Notes under the pieces: generated by a model | The model's input: only the letters and a program-made list of their open reading frames with translations | Databases searched by the model: none | Told to the model about the DNA's origin: nothing | Shown here: positions 14,431 to 27,202 of the stretch, one piece after another | How positions within the stretch are numbered: the stretch's first letter is position 1 | Layout: every line of letters starts with the position of its first letter | Made by a program: the position numbers and the translations under genes | Origin: an uncultured bacterium | GTDB lineage: Bacteria > Krumholzibacteriota > Krumholzibacteriia > LZORAL124-64-63 | Length of the DNA: 64,000 nt | Assembly: GCA_963727525.1 (NCBI GenBank) | Contig: CAVSGO010000007.1 | Span: 2,080,001-2,144,000, forward strand | Direction: 5' to 3'

Positions 14431-15537
14431 TTGAACCTTCTTGCCGCGGCCACATCGTGTGGTCCGTTCCTGGCCATGGTGCGCCCGTTGCTGGCCCAGA
14501 CATCCGGCTCTTTCTGGATGCCGACCGAGGCATCCAGCACCGCCGCAGCGGTGGATTCGGTCTTCTACTACGTCTACTGGATCTCGGTCTTCTTCTTCGC
14601 GCTCATCGTCGGCCTCATGGTGTGGTTCGTCATCCGCTACCGCCGGCGCCGGACCGATGACGTGGCGGAGCCCTCGGCCCACCACAACCTGCCCCTGGAG
14701 ATCACCTGGACGGTGGTCCCGGTGATCATCACGGCGTCGATCTTCCTGCTCGGTTTCAAGGGTTACATGAACATGGTGACGCCGCCGGGTAACGCGTACG
14801 AGATCCAGGTCACAGGGCAGAAATGGAAGTGGTTCTTCACCTACCCCAACGGCTACGTGGCGAGCGAGTTGCACGTGCCGGTGGACCGGCCGGTCAAGCT
14901 GGTGATGACCAGCGAGGACGTCATCCACTCTCTCTTCATTCCTGCGTTCCGCGTGAAGAACGACGTCGTCCCCGGCCGCTACAGCAAGGTCTGGTTCAAG
15001 GCCACCGAGGTGGGCCAGTTCCCTCTCGTCTGCACCGAATATTGCGGCACCGGACATTCCGATATGCACACCACCGTGACGGTGCACGAACCCGGCGGTT
15101 TCGAACTGTGGCTCGACAAGGAGAGCAACCTGCTCAACACCATGCCCCCGGCCGAAGCCGGCGAGATGCTGGTCAAGAAGAAGGGCTGCCTGCAATGTCA
15201 TAGCGTCAACGGCTCGCCCCTGGTGGGACCGTCGTTCAAGGACGTGTTCGGCCACGAGGTGACGACCCGCGACGGCAAGAAGATCCTGGCCGACGAGGAC
15301 TACATCCGCCAGTCGATCCTCGAACCGCTGGCGGAGGTGGTCGCAGGCTTCGAGCCCGTGATGCCCACGTTCTCCGGCAAGGTGAAAGACAAGGAAATCT
15401 CCGCCATCATCGCTTACCTGAAGACCCTGTCCGATAAGGGGGGCGTGGCCGATTCCACCGGCACCGACGTGGGCGGCGCGACCGGTGATGCCGATACGCC
15501 CGCGACGGCGGGCGCAGCGTCACGAAAGGACGGTTAG
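14431..15537 (+). CDS. coxB: Cytochrome c oxidase subunit II with fused cytochrome c (caa3 type)
   Basis: LEITWT, DVIHS, CuA motif CTEYCGTGHSDM, C-terminal CLQCH; likely TTG start after AAGGAG (start uncertain). Confidence 0.93.
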   Translation: MNLLAAATSCGPFLAMVRPLLAQTSGSFWMPTEASSTAAAVDSVFYYVYWISVFFFALIVGLMVWFVIRYRRRRTDDVAEPSAHHNLPLEITWTVVPVIITASIFLLGFKGYMNMVTPPGNAYEIQVTGQKWKWFFTYPNGYVASELHVPVDRPVKLVMTSEDVIHSLFIPAFRVKNDVVPGRYSKVWFKATEVGQFPLVCTEYCGTGHSDMHTTVTVHEPGGFELWLDKESNLLNTMPPAEAGEMLVKKKGCLQCHSVNGSPLVGPSFKDVFGHEVTTRDGKKILADEDYIRQSILEPLAEVVAGFEPVMPTFSGKVKDKEISAIIAYLKTLSDKGGVADSTGTDVGGATGDADTPATAGAASRKDG

Positions 15538-17219
<1,682 letters not shown>

Positions 17220-17223
<4 letters not shown>

Positions 17224-18074
17224 GCAGCGCCGCCGCCGACCACACCAGCGGGCACGAGGGGCACGGCACCCTCGCCCACCACTTCGACACGCCGGCCCAG
17301 CAATACGATTCTGCCAAGCTGGGGATGTGGCTGTTCCTCGTGACGGAGATTCTGCTCTTCGGCGGTCTCTTCTGCGCCTACGCGGTGTATCGCTCGAATC
17401 ACCCGGAGATCTTCCTCTACGCGCATACGCTGCTCGACCGCAATCTGGGTGCGCTCAACACCATGGTGCTGCTATTCTCGTCGTTCACCATGGCCTGGGG
17501 CGTCCGCGCCGCCATGCTCGGTCAGCGGCGGTTGCTGCCGGTGTTGCTCATCATCACGCTGCTCTGCGGTTGCGGCTTTCTCAGCATCAAGGGCATCGAG
17601 TATCACCACAAGTGGAAGCACGGCCTGCTCTGGGGCAAGCGCTTCGACTACACCCAGCTCCGCGAACATGCCGGCGGCGAGGGCGCGGAGGCGCCCGACA
17701 GCGCCACCATCGTCGCCCAGGAAAAGGCCGATGCGGTGACCGACGTGGCCACTCCCGGCGCCGCGGATGCGGGTATGGGCCACCAGGTCATGCAGGAGCT
17801 CGATCGCGCGGCCGAGGTGTCGGCGGCCCATGGGCACGTGACGGACATTCCGCGCAACGTGCACATCTTCTTCAGTATCTACTTCATCATGACCGGCCTG
17901 CACGGCCTGCACGTGATCGCCGGTATGATCGTGATCGGCTGGCTGCTGGTGCGATCGCTACGGGGCGATTTCGGCTCGCGCAACTACGTGGCCGTGGATC
18001 TCGGTGGACTGTACTGGCACCTCGTCGACATTATCTGGATCTTCCTCTTCCCCCTGCTCTATCTCATCCACTGA
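17220..18074 (+). CDS. coxC: Cytochrome c oxidase subunit III
   Basis: ATG overlaps the coxA stop; [47 protein letters not shown]. Confidence 0.94.
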
Positions 18075-18085
18075 GGGAGGCACGC

Positions 18086-18478
18086 ATGAGTCACGACCAA
18101 CCGACCCGCCCCCGTCCCGAGGACACCGGTACGGTCTTCGACGAACCCGGCGGCGGCCTCGTGCTCGCGCACCCGCTCCCGTTGTGGCTGCTCGCCACCG
18201 TGTTCCTCACACTCATCGGGTTGACGATCCTCACGGTGAGCGTCACGCACTTCGAACTCGGCAGCGCCAACATCTGGGTGGCGCTCTTGATTGCCGGAAT
18301 CAAGGGCACGCTCGTGGCGGAGATCTTCATGCACCTGCACTGGGACCGTCCGTTCCATCGCGTGATGCTGATCTCGGCCATCGCATTCGTCGTGCTCTTC
18401 ATCGGCATTGCGTTGATGGATTCTCACGCTTATCAGCCCAACCTCATCCAAGGATACGCTCCCTCCATCTCCCAGTGA
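18086..18478 (+). CDS. Cytochrome c oxidase subunit IV (caa3 CtaF family)
   Basis: Three TM helices; LTILTV, ALLIAGIKGTLVAEIFMHL; GGGAGG RBS. Confidence 0.88.
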   Translation: MSHDQPTRPRPEDTGTVFDEPGGGLVLAHPLPLWLLATVFLTLIGLTILTVSVTHFELGSANIWVALLIAGIKGTLVAEIFMHLHWDRPFHRVMLISAIAFVVLFIGIALMDSHAYQPNLIQGYAPSISQ

Positions 18479-18544
18479 GCGCGCGGCCGAACTCGCGTGG
18501 CGGCCCCGCCAGGTGCCCGGCCATCGCGTAGGCAGCGGGCATGA

Positions 18545-18606
18545 TCCCGCTCGGGAAAAGACGTTGCAATATGTTCTCGATATCGTTCTAATTGTCCCGA
18601 CCGGGA
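18545..18606 (+). promoter_or_regulatory. Sigma70 promoter flanked by two palindromic operators
   Basis: TCCCGctCGGGA (18545-18556) and TCCCGacCGGGA (18595-18606) either side of TTGCAA-17 nt-TCTAAT. Confidence 0.7.
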
Positions 18607-18626
18607 ACAACTCGGGGAGGTAAAGC

Positions 18627-18872
18627 ATGACTGCTCGGATCATTTCACTGGGGCAAGTACTGAGAACAGCCGCCGATATCGGCGAGGCTGTGCGGGACGC
18701 GCGTCACCGCCAGGGCGTGACGCAGACCGAACTCGCGCGCCGCAGCGGCGTGGGTCTGCGTTTCGTGAGCGAGCTGGAGAACGGGAAGCCCACGATCCAG
18801 CTCGAGCGCACCTTGCGCGTGGTGGCGGCCGTCGACCTCGTCGTGCGCGTGCACGGCCGCTCGGTTCGGTGA
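18627..18872 (+). CDS. XRE/HTH_3 regulator, HipB/y4mF-like antitoxin (no HipA downstream)
   Basis: IGEAVRDARHRQGVTQTELARRSGVGLRFVSELENGKPTIQL; GGGGAGG RBS. Confidence 0.85.
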   Translation: MTARIISLGQVLRTAADIGEAVRDARHRQGVTQTELARRSGVGLRFVSELENGKPTIQLERTLRVVAAVDLVVRVHGRSVR

Positions 18873-18883
18873 GCGGCGCGGCG

Positions 18884-19876
18884 TCAAACCCGGGCGACCT
18901 CGATGACGGCGGCGCCCTCGAAACGGCCATGGCGCAGGTCGTCGAGAGCGCGGTCGGTCTCAACCAGCGGATAGGGATGGACGACGGTCCGGATACCGAT
19001 CCGCGCCGCGAGCGGCAGGAACTCCTGCCCATCGTGCAAGGTGAGATTCGCCACCGAGACGATCCGGCGCTCGTGCCAGAGATCGGCATAGGGAAACGAC
19101 GGGATGTCGCTCATGTGGATGCCGGCGCACACCACGCGCCCCCCGCGATCCACGGCACGTAGCGCCGCCGGCACCAGCGCGCCCACCGGGGCGAAGATGA
19201 TGGCCGCGTCGAGCGGCACCGGCGCCGGTTCGTCGCTCGGCCCTGCCCACACCGCGCCGAGTTCCCGCGCGAACCGCTGCCCCCGTACATCGCCCCTTCG
19301 CGTGAATGCGTAGACCTCCCGCCCCTGATGGCGTGCCAGTTGCACGAGGATGTGCGCCGAGGCACCGAACCCGTAGAAACCGAGGCGATGAGCATCGCCA
19401 CAGAACCGGTAGCTGCGGTAGCCGATGAGGCCGGCGCACAGCAACGGGGCGGCCTGGAGATCGGGATAACTCGGGGGCAGGGGCAGGCAGAAACGCGCGT
19501 CGGCCACGCAGTACTCGGCGAAACCACCGTTGCGCTGGTAGCCGGTATAGACCGCGTCGCCGCAGAGATTCTCCCGATCCGAGACACAGAACCGGCACGT
19601 GCCGCAGGCCCCGCCCAGCCAGGGGATGCCCACCCGGTCGCCGCAGGCGAGACCTTCGGTGCCCGGACCGAGGCCTGCCACGGAGCCGACGATCTGGTGC
19701 CCCGGCACCAGCGGCAGCTGCGGTTCGGTGAGATCACCGTCGACCACGTGCAGGTCGGTCCGGCAGACCCCGCAAACGTGCACCGCCACCAGCACCTCGC
19801 CCGGACCCGGCGTGGGCACGGGGAGATCCTCGAGGGCGAGCTTGCCGCCGGGATGGCGCAGAACCTGAGCACGCAT
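18884..19876 (-). CDS. Zinc-dependent alcohol dehydrogenase family protein
   Basis: [43 protein letters not shown]. Confidence 0.92.
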   Translation of the reverse strand: MRAQVLRHPGGKLALEDLPVPTPGPGEVLVAVHVCGVCRTDLHVVDGDLTEPQLPLVPGHQIVGSVAGLGPGTEGLACGDRVGIPWLGGACGTCRFCVSDRENLCGDAVYTGYQRNGGFAEYCVADARFCLPLPPSYPDLQAAPLLCAGLIGYRSYRFCGDAHRLGFYGFGASAHILVQLARHQGREVYAFTRRGDVRGQRFARELGAVWAGPSDEPAPVPLDAAIIFAPVGALVPAALRAVDRGGRVVCAGIHMSDIPSFPYADLWHERRIVSVANLTLHDGQEFLPLAARIGIRTVVHPYPLVETDRALDDLRHGRFEGAAVIEVARV

Positions 19877-20013
19877 CGATCACCTCGCTCGCGATGAGCC
19901 AGCACCATCGCCGTCGGCGGGGCCTCCACAACGGGGAAGCGACGGCGCGAACCCACCCCTATCATGACAGACGTTTGCTGGCCGCGCCACCGGTCACCCA
20001 GGGAGTTCCAGCC

Positions 20014-20952
20014 GTGCCTCGCCACAACCAGTCCGCCGCCCGCTGCGCGGGCCTCATCAAGCGCTTTCCCGACGTCGTGGCCGTCGCGGGCATCGATCTG
20101 ACGATCGCGCGCGGCGAGTGCTTCGGCCTGCTCGGTCCCAACGGCGCCGGCAAGACCACGACGATCGAGATCCTCGAGGGGCTCACGCGCGCCGACACCG
20201 GCGAGGTCGAGGTGCTGGGTTGCCGGTGGGGCACCGCGGGCGACCGGGCGCTTCGCCAGCGCATCGGCGTCCAGCTCCAGGAGACGCTGCTGGCCGAGAA
20301 GCTCACGGTGACCGAGACGCTGCGCCTTTTCCGGAGCTTCTATGACACGGGCCGCGCGGTCGACGAGGTGATCGCCCTCGCCGGCCTGCGCGAGAAGCAT
20401 GCCGCCCGCGTCGGCAAGCTATCCGGCGGCCAGAAACAACGCCTCGCCCTGGCATGCGCCCTGGTGAGCGATCCGGAGCTGCTCTTCCTCGACGAGCCCA
20501 CCACGGGCCTCGACCCGCAGGCACGACTCGCGGTCTGGGAACTGGTGCACGCGTTCCGTGCGCGCGGCGGCACGGCCGTTCTCACGACGCACTCCATGGA
20601 GGAAGCGACCCGCCTCTGCGACCGCGTCGCCATCATGGACCATGGCCGCATCATCGCCCTGGGTACGCCCGACGCGCTGATCGCCTCGCTGGGCGCGAGT
20701 CAGGTGGTCGAGTTCGATACGCCAGCCCCGCTGGCGGAAGACGTGCTGCAGGCGCTGCCCGGCGTGCGCGGCTGCGGCGCCCAGCATGGTCACCAGGTCC
20801 TCCATGTCGACCGCATGGGCGACGCGCTGCCCGCCCTGCTGCAAGCCCTGCGAGAACGTGGACTCCCCCTCGATGGGTTGCAGACCCGTCAGGCTACGCT
20901 CGAGGACGTCTTCATCCATCTCACGGGACGGGCGCTGCGCGATGAGCACTGA
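20014..20952 (+). CDS. ABC-2 type exporter ATP-binding subunit
   Basis: GPNGAGKTT, LSGGQKQR, LFLDEPTTGLD, TTHSMEEA; likely GTG start at 20014. Confidence 0.92.
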   Translation: MPRHNQSAARCAGLIKRFPDVVAVAGIDLTIARGECFGLLGPNGAGKTTTIEILEGLTRADTGEVEVLGCRWGTAGDRALRQRIGVQLQETLLAEKLTVTETLRLFRSFYDTGRAVDEVIALAGLREKHAARVGKLSGGQKQRLALACALVSDPELLFLDEPTTGLDPQARLAVWELVHAFRARGGTAVLTTHSMEEATRLCDRVAIMDHGRIIALGTPDALIASLGASQVVEFDTPAPLAEDVLQALPGVRGCGAQHGHQVLHVDRMGDALPALLQALRERGLPLDGLQTRQATLEDVFIHLTGRALRDEH

Positions 20953-22005
20953 GCGGACCGGCAGTCATCAGCGCCCCCTCCTCGAGCTCACACGGGCAAG
21001 GATCCTCGAGTTCGTACGTGAACCGGAAGCCATGTTCTGGGTCTTCGTCTTTCCCGTCCTGCTGGCCTTCGCCCTCGGCATCGCCTTCCGCAGCGAGCCG
21101 ACCGACCGCCCCGCGGTAGGCGTGATCAGCGGCGATGCCCCCGCCGCGGTCGCCCTCGCCGATTCGCTGCGGCACGATACCCGCCTCGACGTGCAGATTC
21201 TCGACGCAGCCGCCGCCGCCAGGGCGCTGCGCAAGGGACGCCTGAACGCCGTCGCCGAACTCACGGCGGCCGGCGACTCGGTGGTCTACCGCTACGACGC
21301 CACGCGGGCCGAGGGGCAGGCCGCCCGCCTCGCCCTCGACGACGCGGTGCAACGGGCCCGCGGCCGTCGCGACATCGTGGCCTCGACGAAACCGAACCGC
21401 CGCGCGGCTCTCGTTACATCGATTTCCTGATCCCCGGCCTGGTGGGATTGAACCTCATGGGCAGCGGCATGTGGGGCATTGGATTCTCCGTGGTCGTGGC
21501 ACGCACCCGCAAGTTGCTGAAGCGCCTCGCGGCCACGCCGATGCGCCGCAGCCACTACCTGGCCTCGATCGCGCTCTCGCGCCTGCTGTTCCTGGGCCTG
21601 GAAGTCGCCGCCCTCGTCGGGTTCGGCCGCCTGCTCTTCGGCGTGCGCGTGCACGGGTCGCCCGTGGCGCTCGCCCTGGTGGCCCTGCTCGGCGCCGGCA
21701 CCTTCGCCGCCCTCGGTCTCCTGGTGGCGGCCCGGCCGCAGACCGTCGAGGCGGTGAGTGGCTGGATGAACCTCGTCATGATGCCGATGTGGTTGCTCTC
21801 GGGCACGTTCTTCTCGTACGAACGGTTCCCGGCGATCGTGCTCCCGGCTATCCGCGCCCTGCCCCTCACCGCGCTCAACGACGCGATGCGCATGGTGATG
21901 AACGACGGCGCGGCGGTGTCGACCGCCTGGGCGCAACTCCTGATCCTGGCAGGCTGGGGGCTCGTGAGCTTCGTCGTGGCGGTGCGTATCTTCCGCTGGC
22001 AATAG
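20942..22005 (+). CDS. ABC-2 permease split by a frameshift near 21380-21405 (sequencing error or pseudogene)
   Basis: N-half REPEAMFWVFVFP; C-half in another frame GSRYIDFLIPGLVGLNLMGSG..LSGTFF..LPLT..IFRWQ. Confidence 0.85.
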
Positions 22006-22032
22006 CAGCCCGGCACCGGAGGCGAGAGCGTG

Positions 22033-24912
22033 CTAGTCCGACCCATCGAGCACGGCGCGGACTTTGGTGGCGAGCGCATTCAGCGTGAACGGCTTGTGGA
22101 TGAAGTGAATCCCCTCGTCCAGCACGCCGTGATGCACGATGGAGTTCGCCGTGTAACCCGACATGAACAGCGTCCGGATGTCAGGCCGCATCGCCTCGAT
22201 CCGCTGCCGTAGTTCCTTGCCGTTCATCTGCGGCATGACGACGTCCGTGAGCAGGAGCGCGATAGGTCCGTCGTGCGTGCTCGCGATCGTGCAGGCTTCC
22301 TCGGGCGACGTGGCACCGAGGACGGCGTAGCCGAAGCGCGCCAGCGCCGAGCGCGCCACTTCGAGGAGTAGAGATTCGTCCTCGACGATCAGCACGGTCT
22401 CGTCGCCGACCGGCGACGCCATCTCCCTGGTCTCGATATCGGGCGCGTCCGCTCCGACGTATCGTGGCAGATAGATCTTGAGCGACGTGCCCTGGTCCTT
22501 CTCGCTGTAAGTGTGGATGAAGCCGCGATTCTGCTGGACGATGCCGTAGACCATGGCCAGACCGAGGCCGGTGCCCACGCCCTCAGCTTTCGTGGTGAAG
22601 AACGGCTCGAAGATCCGCTCCGCCGTGTCGCGGTCCATGCCGCTGCCGTCGTCCGTCACCGCGAACATCACGTAGGAGCCAGGCGCGGCCACCATGTTGT
22701 GATGCCGGTAGGTCTCGTCGAGCTCGAAGTTCGCGGTCTCCACGGTGATCGTCCCCACGTTGGCGATGGCATCACGGGCGTTGACGATGAGGTTGGCCAG
22801 GATCTGATCGATCTGCGACGGATCGGCACGCAGGCGCCACAGATCGGGTGAGGGACGGAACGTCAGCGTCACGTCCTCGCCGATGAGCCGCTTCATGAGG
22901 GGGATCTGCTCGGCGATCTCCGTGTTGAGATCCAGCACCTGCGGCTCGGTGATCTGCTTGCGCGAAAACGCGAGGAGCTGGCGCGTGAGATCAGCGGACC
23001 GGCGCCCCGCGCGATGGATACCCTCGACGTACGTCCGCAACCGTGATGCAGCCGGCGTCTCCGCAAGGACCAACTCGGCGTAGCCCAGGATCACGTTGAG
23101 CATGTTGTTGAAATCGTGCGCAACGCCGCCGGCCAGACGTCCCACCGCCTCCATCTTCTGTGCCTGACGCAGTTCGCCCTCGATGCGATCGCGCTCGGTT
23201 TCGGCCAGCTTGCGCGCGGTGATGTCCACGAGCACCCCGATGAAATACGATGGCTGCCCGGCATCGTCCCGCACGATCGACCCGGTGAGATCGACCCACA
23301 CCACGGAGCCGTCCTTGCGGATGTAGCGCTTCTCCATGGTGTACGACGCCAGTTCGTTCGCCAGCAGTCGAGACGCGCGGGCCTGATCCTCCGCGAGATC
23401 ATCGGGATGGGTGACGTCGGCGAAGGTGAGCTGCAGGAGTTCCTCGCGCGTGTAACCGACGATCGCGCAGAGGCGGTCGTTCACACGCAGCCAGCGGCCG
23501 TCCAGGTCGAGATGGGCGATGCCCACCGCGGCCTGATCGAACGTGGCCTTGAACCGGGCTTCGCTCTCGCGCAGGGCGGCCTCGGCCCGCTTGCGGTCCG
23601 TGATGTTCTGCAGCGTGCCGAAGACGACTTGCCGCTGCGCGTCATACTCGGCGAGCGAGTGGATGTGCACGATGGCGCCATCGCTTGAACGCTGGATCTC
23701 GAACTCGATATCGTACGGACGGCGACCCGCAATGAGATCGGCCAGGGCCGCATCCAGCCGGGGCCGGTACCTCGGCAGAGGGATCGCCTTGGCCTCGGCG
23801 ATCGTCAGCGATTCCTTCTCGATGCCATAGATGCGTCGCGTCTCCGCCGATGCGCTCACCACATCGTGCACGAAATCGAAGGCCCAGCTCCCCAGGCCGG
23901 CAATCTGCTGCGCTCGCTCGAGCTGCACCTCGCTCGCCTGCAGGGCGGCCTTGGCCTGCTGGCGAGCGGTGATGTCGCGCGCGTTGACGACCAGGGCGGC
24001 GACATCCGGATCGTCGAGGAGGTTGGTGAGGGCGACGTCGAGCCAGCGCCAGTGGCCATCGCGATGGCGCTTGCGCATGGTGATGAGCTGCGACGAACCG
24101 GGCGCTGCCATCACGGCGGCGACCGTGGCCTCGAGCGCCGCCTGGTCGCCGCCGTGCACCAACTCTCCCAACCTGCGCCCGACGACGTACTCGCCATCGT
24201 ATCCGAGCACTCGGGTGACCGAGTCGCTCACGAACGCCACCGTCATGTCCTCACCGACGAGCGCGATGATGTCCCAGCCTCGTTCCACCATCTTGCGAAA
24301 CCGCCGCTCGCGCTCGCGCAGCGTGGCCACGGCGACGCGGCTGAGCTGGATCCGCGCCAGAAGGCGTCCCAGAATCGCCGTGCCGGCGGGCATCACCAGG
24401 AGAACCGGAAGATCGACCCGACGCGCGACTTCGCCGCGCAGCAGCGCCGGTAGGGTGAGGAAGACCAGAATCACGGCGATGTGCACCACGAGACCGAAGC
24501 CGAGCAGTTCGCGCCAGCCCAGGTCTGCGAGGCGTCCTCGCCAGCGGCGCGCCGCGATCAGGCCCAGAGCTGCCGATACCACGATCGTGCCCACACCGGT
24601 CCAGGCACCCGCGCCACCAACCGCTAGCCGCCAGGCTGCCGCGACGACGGCCGCCACCACGGTGGGCAATGTCCCGAAAAAGAGGCCCGCGAGGCTCAGG
24701 AGGACGGTCCGCGCATCGAACTGCACACCCGGTTCGAGCTGCCAGGGGATCGACATCACCGCGATGGCGACGCCCCCGAGCATGGCCCCCACCAGCACCT
24801 GTCGCGAGCCGCTGGCCCGCCGCGGCCGCAACGGCAACAGATCCCAGAGCACTCCCGCGGCGAGCAGCAGGATTGCGTTCTTGGCGAAAGTCTCCAGCAG
24901 TTCCAGCGTCAT
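22033..24912 (-). CDS. Hybrid sensor histidine kinase/response regulator (5TM-LytS-type sensor, three PAS, HisKA, HATPase, REC)
   Basis: [10 protein letters not shown] (5TM-5TMR_LYT), PAS/PAC motifs, [46 protein letters not shown]. Confidence 0.92.
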   Translation of the reverse strand: MTLELLETFAKNAILLLAAGVLWDLLPLRPRRASGSRQVLVGAMLGGVAIAVMSIPWQLEPGVQFDARTVLLSLAGLFFGTLPTVVAAVVAAAWRLAVGGAGAWTGVGTIVVSAALGLIAARRWRGRLADLGWRELLGFGLVVHIAVILVFLTLPALLRGEVARRVDLPVLLVMPAGTAILGRLLARIQLSRVAVATLRERERRFRKMVERGWDIIALVGEDMTVAFVSDSVTRVLGYDGEYVVGRRLGELVHGGDQAALEATVAAVMAAPGSSQLITMRKRHRDGHWRWLDVALTNLLDDPDVAALVVNARDITARQQAKAALQASEVQLERAQQIAGLGSWAFDFVHDVVSASAETRRIYGIEKESLTIAEAKAIPLPRYRPRLDAALADLIAGRRPYDIEFEIQRSSDGAIVHIHSLAEYDAQRQVVFGTLQNITDRKRAEAALRESEARFKATFDQAAVGIAHLDLDGRWLRVNDRLCAIVGYTREELLQLTFADVTHPDDLAEDQARASRLLANELASYTMEKRYIRKDGSVVWVDLTGSIVRDDAGQPSYFIGVLVDITARKLAETERDRIEGELRQAQKMEAVGRLAGGVAHDFNNMLNVILGYAELVLAETPAASRLRTYVEGIHRAGRRSADLTRQLLAFSRKQITEPQVLDLNTEIAEQIPLMKRLIGEDVTLTFRPSPDLWRLRADPSQIDQILANLIVNARDAIANVGTITVETANFELDETYRHHNMVAAPGSYVMFAVTDDGSGMDRDTAERIFEPFFTTKAEGVGTGLGLAMVYGIVQQNRGFIHTYSEKDQGTSLKIYLPRYVGADAPDIETREMASPVGDETVLIVEDESLLLEVARSALARFGYAVLGATSPEEACTIASTHDGPIALLLTDVVMPQMNGKELRQRIEAMRPDIRTLFMSGYTANSIVHHGVLDEGIHFIHKPFTLNALATKVRAVLDGSD

Positions 24913-25112
24913 CGGCCCTCCCGAAGCATGCCAGACCATCGGCATTTCACAATATCCGCGACAGGCGATCCTGACAACCTCCAAGCAACCAGCTATGAAA
25001 TTGGCAAATGCATAAGAAAGCGATCAGGGCCTTCCCCGAATCCTGATGTCGGGGTATGCTGGCGTTCACCGTTCGCTGCTGCTAATTGCGTGTGCACGAG
25101 GAGATTGCGGTC

Positions 25113-26177
25113 ATGTCCCACGTCTACTCACGCGGTGCCAAGCCCGCCGGTCTGGCGCCCGGCACTCTGGCCTGGGTCGGCGAGCATCGCGTCGACGATG
25201 TCGTGATCACGATCATGGACTACGACGCGGAGCACGTCACCGAACGCCGGGTCGACGCTGTCGACGATTGCGCGGGATTCCGGCAGAGCCCCACGCGCAC
25301 CTGGATCAATATCGACGGACTGCACGACACCGGCCTGCTCGCCCACATCGGAGAGCAGTACGGTCTGCACCCCCTCGTCCTCGAGGACATCCTTCACACG
25401 AGCCAGCGCCCCAAGCTCGAGGACTACGGCGACTACCTCTACATCGTCTGCCGCATGCTCACGGCCGACGCCGATTCGGTGCACATCGCGAGCGAGCAGA
25501 TCAGCCTCATCGTCGGCGACACCTTCGTGCTCTCGTTCCAGGAAAAGCCGGGCGACGTCTTCGATCCCGTGCGCGAGCGCATCCGGCATGGCAAAGGTCG
25601 CATCCGCACCGCCGGACCCGACTACCTCGCCTACGCCCTCCTCGACGCCGTCGTCGACAACTACTTCGTCCTCCTCGAGACCTACGGCGAGCGGATCGAG
25701 GACCTCGAGGCCGCGCTGCTCGAGAATCCCGACGTGGGCCTGGTACAGTCGATCCATCAGCAGAAGCGCGAGATGATCGTGGTGCGGCGCAGCGTCTGGC
25801 CACTGCGCGAGGTGGTCGCCGCCATCGATCGCGGCGAGTCGGATCTGGTCGACAGCGCCACCATCCCGTTCTTTCGCGACGTCTATGATCACGTGATCCA
25901 GGTCGCGGACATCGTCGAATCGTACCGCGACATCCTCATGGGATTGCAGGACCTCTACCTGTCGAGCATCAGCAACCGCATGAACGAGGTGATGAAGGTC
26001 CTCACGATCATCTCCACCATCTTCGTACCGCTCACCTTCGTGGTCGGGATCTACGGCATGAACTTCCGGTGGATGCCGGAGCTGGAGTGGCGCTGGGGCT
26101 ACCCGGTAGTGTGGCTGATCTCCGGTTCGATCGCGCTGGGGATGCTGATCTTCTTCCGGCGCAAGCGCTGGCTCTAG
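25113..26177 (+). CDS. corA: Magnesium/cobalt transporter CorA
   Basis: GLAPGTL, HPLVLEDI, QRPK, MNEVMKVLT, GIYGMNF, MPEL. Confidence 0.95.
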   Translation: MSHVYSRGAKPAGLAPGTLAWVGEHRVDDVVITIMDYDAEHVTERRVDAVDDCAGFRQSPTRTWINIDGLHDTGLLAHIGEQYGLHPLVLEDILHTSQRPKLEDYGDYLYIVCRMLTADADSVHIASEQISLIVGDTFVLSFQEKPGDVFDPVRERIRHGKGRIRTAGPDYLAYALLDAVVDNYFVLLETYGERIEDLEAALLENPDVGLVQSIHQQKREMIVVRRSVWPLREVVAAIDRGESDLVDSATIPFFRDVYDHVIQVADIVESYRDILMGLQDLYLSSISNRMNEVMKVLTIISTIFVPLTFVVGIYGMNFRWMPELEWRWGYPVVWLISGSIALGMLIFFRRKRWL

Positions 26178-26182
26178 CCGGG

Positions 26183-27202
26183 TCAGGGGACATCGATCCG
26201 CTCCGGCGTTCCGCGCAGTGCCTGCCACGCGAACCAGAAGGCATGTGCGCGGGCCAGGCGTACCGCCACCACGCCGCCAGGCACCTCGGCCGCCCAGACC
26301 TGAGTGGCATGCAGCTCCGGCCGGGGCGTCGCGGCCCAGCCCCCATCGCTCGTGGGCACGAGTTCCAGCATCGACTTCAGCCCGAGTCCGGCGGGGACCG
26401 GCGGCAGCGGCGCCACCGGGAAGCGCAACACGTCGGTGCTCTCGTAGCTCCCGTACGGCATGCGGTTGTACGAGGCCCGCATCGTTGGCAGAGGCAATGG
26501 TACCGTCGTGCGTGGGTACGCCTTGCGCCACGCACCCCAACTCGTCAGGGCGTGGGGCAGCATCGGCAACGTGTCGCCCACGGCGGGGCCGCTCACCGCT
26601 TGCGCGAGCAACGGAGCCCACAGCGACGGCTCCCCGCCGTCATCGCGCCGATCATAGAGGAGGTGGTGGCTGTCGTAGAGCAGGCCGCTCACTCCGAGGT
26701 CGAGCACCGTGTCGCCGTGCCGCCGGTCGAGCACCACCACGGATCCGCTCAGAGGATGCCAGCACGCCGCGATGGCGCGGCCGCCGAGGGTGTCGTCCGC
26801 CACCTCATGCCAGTTCATCACGCGGAGCGGATACGCCCGCGCGTATCCGTTCACGACGACGCCGATCACCAGGTCGTCGGAGACGAGGTACTTGCCGCGC
26901 TCGGCATGGTTGAGCGAGTCGACACCGGCGACGGTGAGCAGGTGCGGCGCGACGAGGGGATGCAGACCGTCGCGAGCCAGCCCGCCGGCCACGAGCAGGC
27001 GCCGCGGGATCGCGAGGTGCGTGAGATCGAAGCCGTAGGTCTCCACGTGCTGGCCGTCGCCCACGGTGGGAGCACCGCGATGCTGCAGCACGCCGCGAAC
27101 CTGCACGAAGGCCACGAGAAGAAGGATCGCCGGCACGGCCACGACGATCCAGCGCGCGCCCGCGAGAGAGCGCCGGGGCGCGGCCGCCGGTTCGAGGTTC
27201 AT
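26183..27202 (-). CDS. DUF3179-like membrane-anchored protein
   Basis: GGLARDG, DDLVIGVVVNGYARAYPL..WHEVADD, GVSGLLY, LYDR, SLW, TSWGAWRKAYP; overlaps the ctaB stop. Confidence 0.75.
   Translation of the reverse strand: MNLEPAAAPRRSLAGARWIVVAVPAILLLVAFVQVRGVLQHRGAPTVGDGQHVETYGFDLTHLAIPRRLLVAGGLARDGLHPLVAPHLLTVAGVDSLNHAERGKYLVSDDLVIGVVVNGYARAYPLRVMNWHEVADDTLGGRAIAACWHPLSGSVVVLDRRHGDTVLDLGVSGLLYDSHHLLYDRRDDGGEPSLWAPLLAQAVSGPAVGDTLPMLPHALTSWGAWRKAYPRTTVPLPLPTMRASYNRMPYGSYESTDVLRFPVAPLPPVPAGLGLKSMLELVPTSDGGWAATPRPELHATQVWAAEVPGGVVAVRLARAHAFWFAWQALRGTPERIDVP

Noticed and set aside
26183-27202. Selenocysteine recoding in the DUF3179-like gene
   Set aside because: No in-frame TGA; the ORF is continuous.
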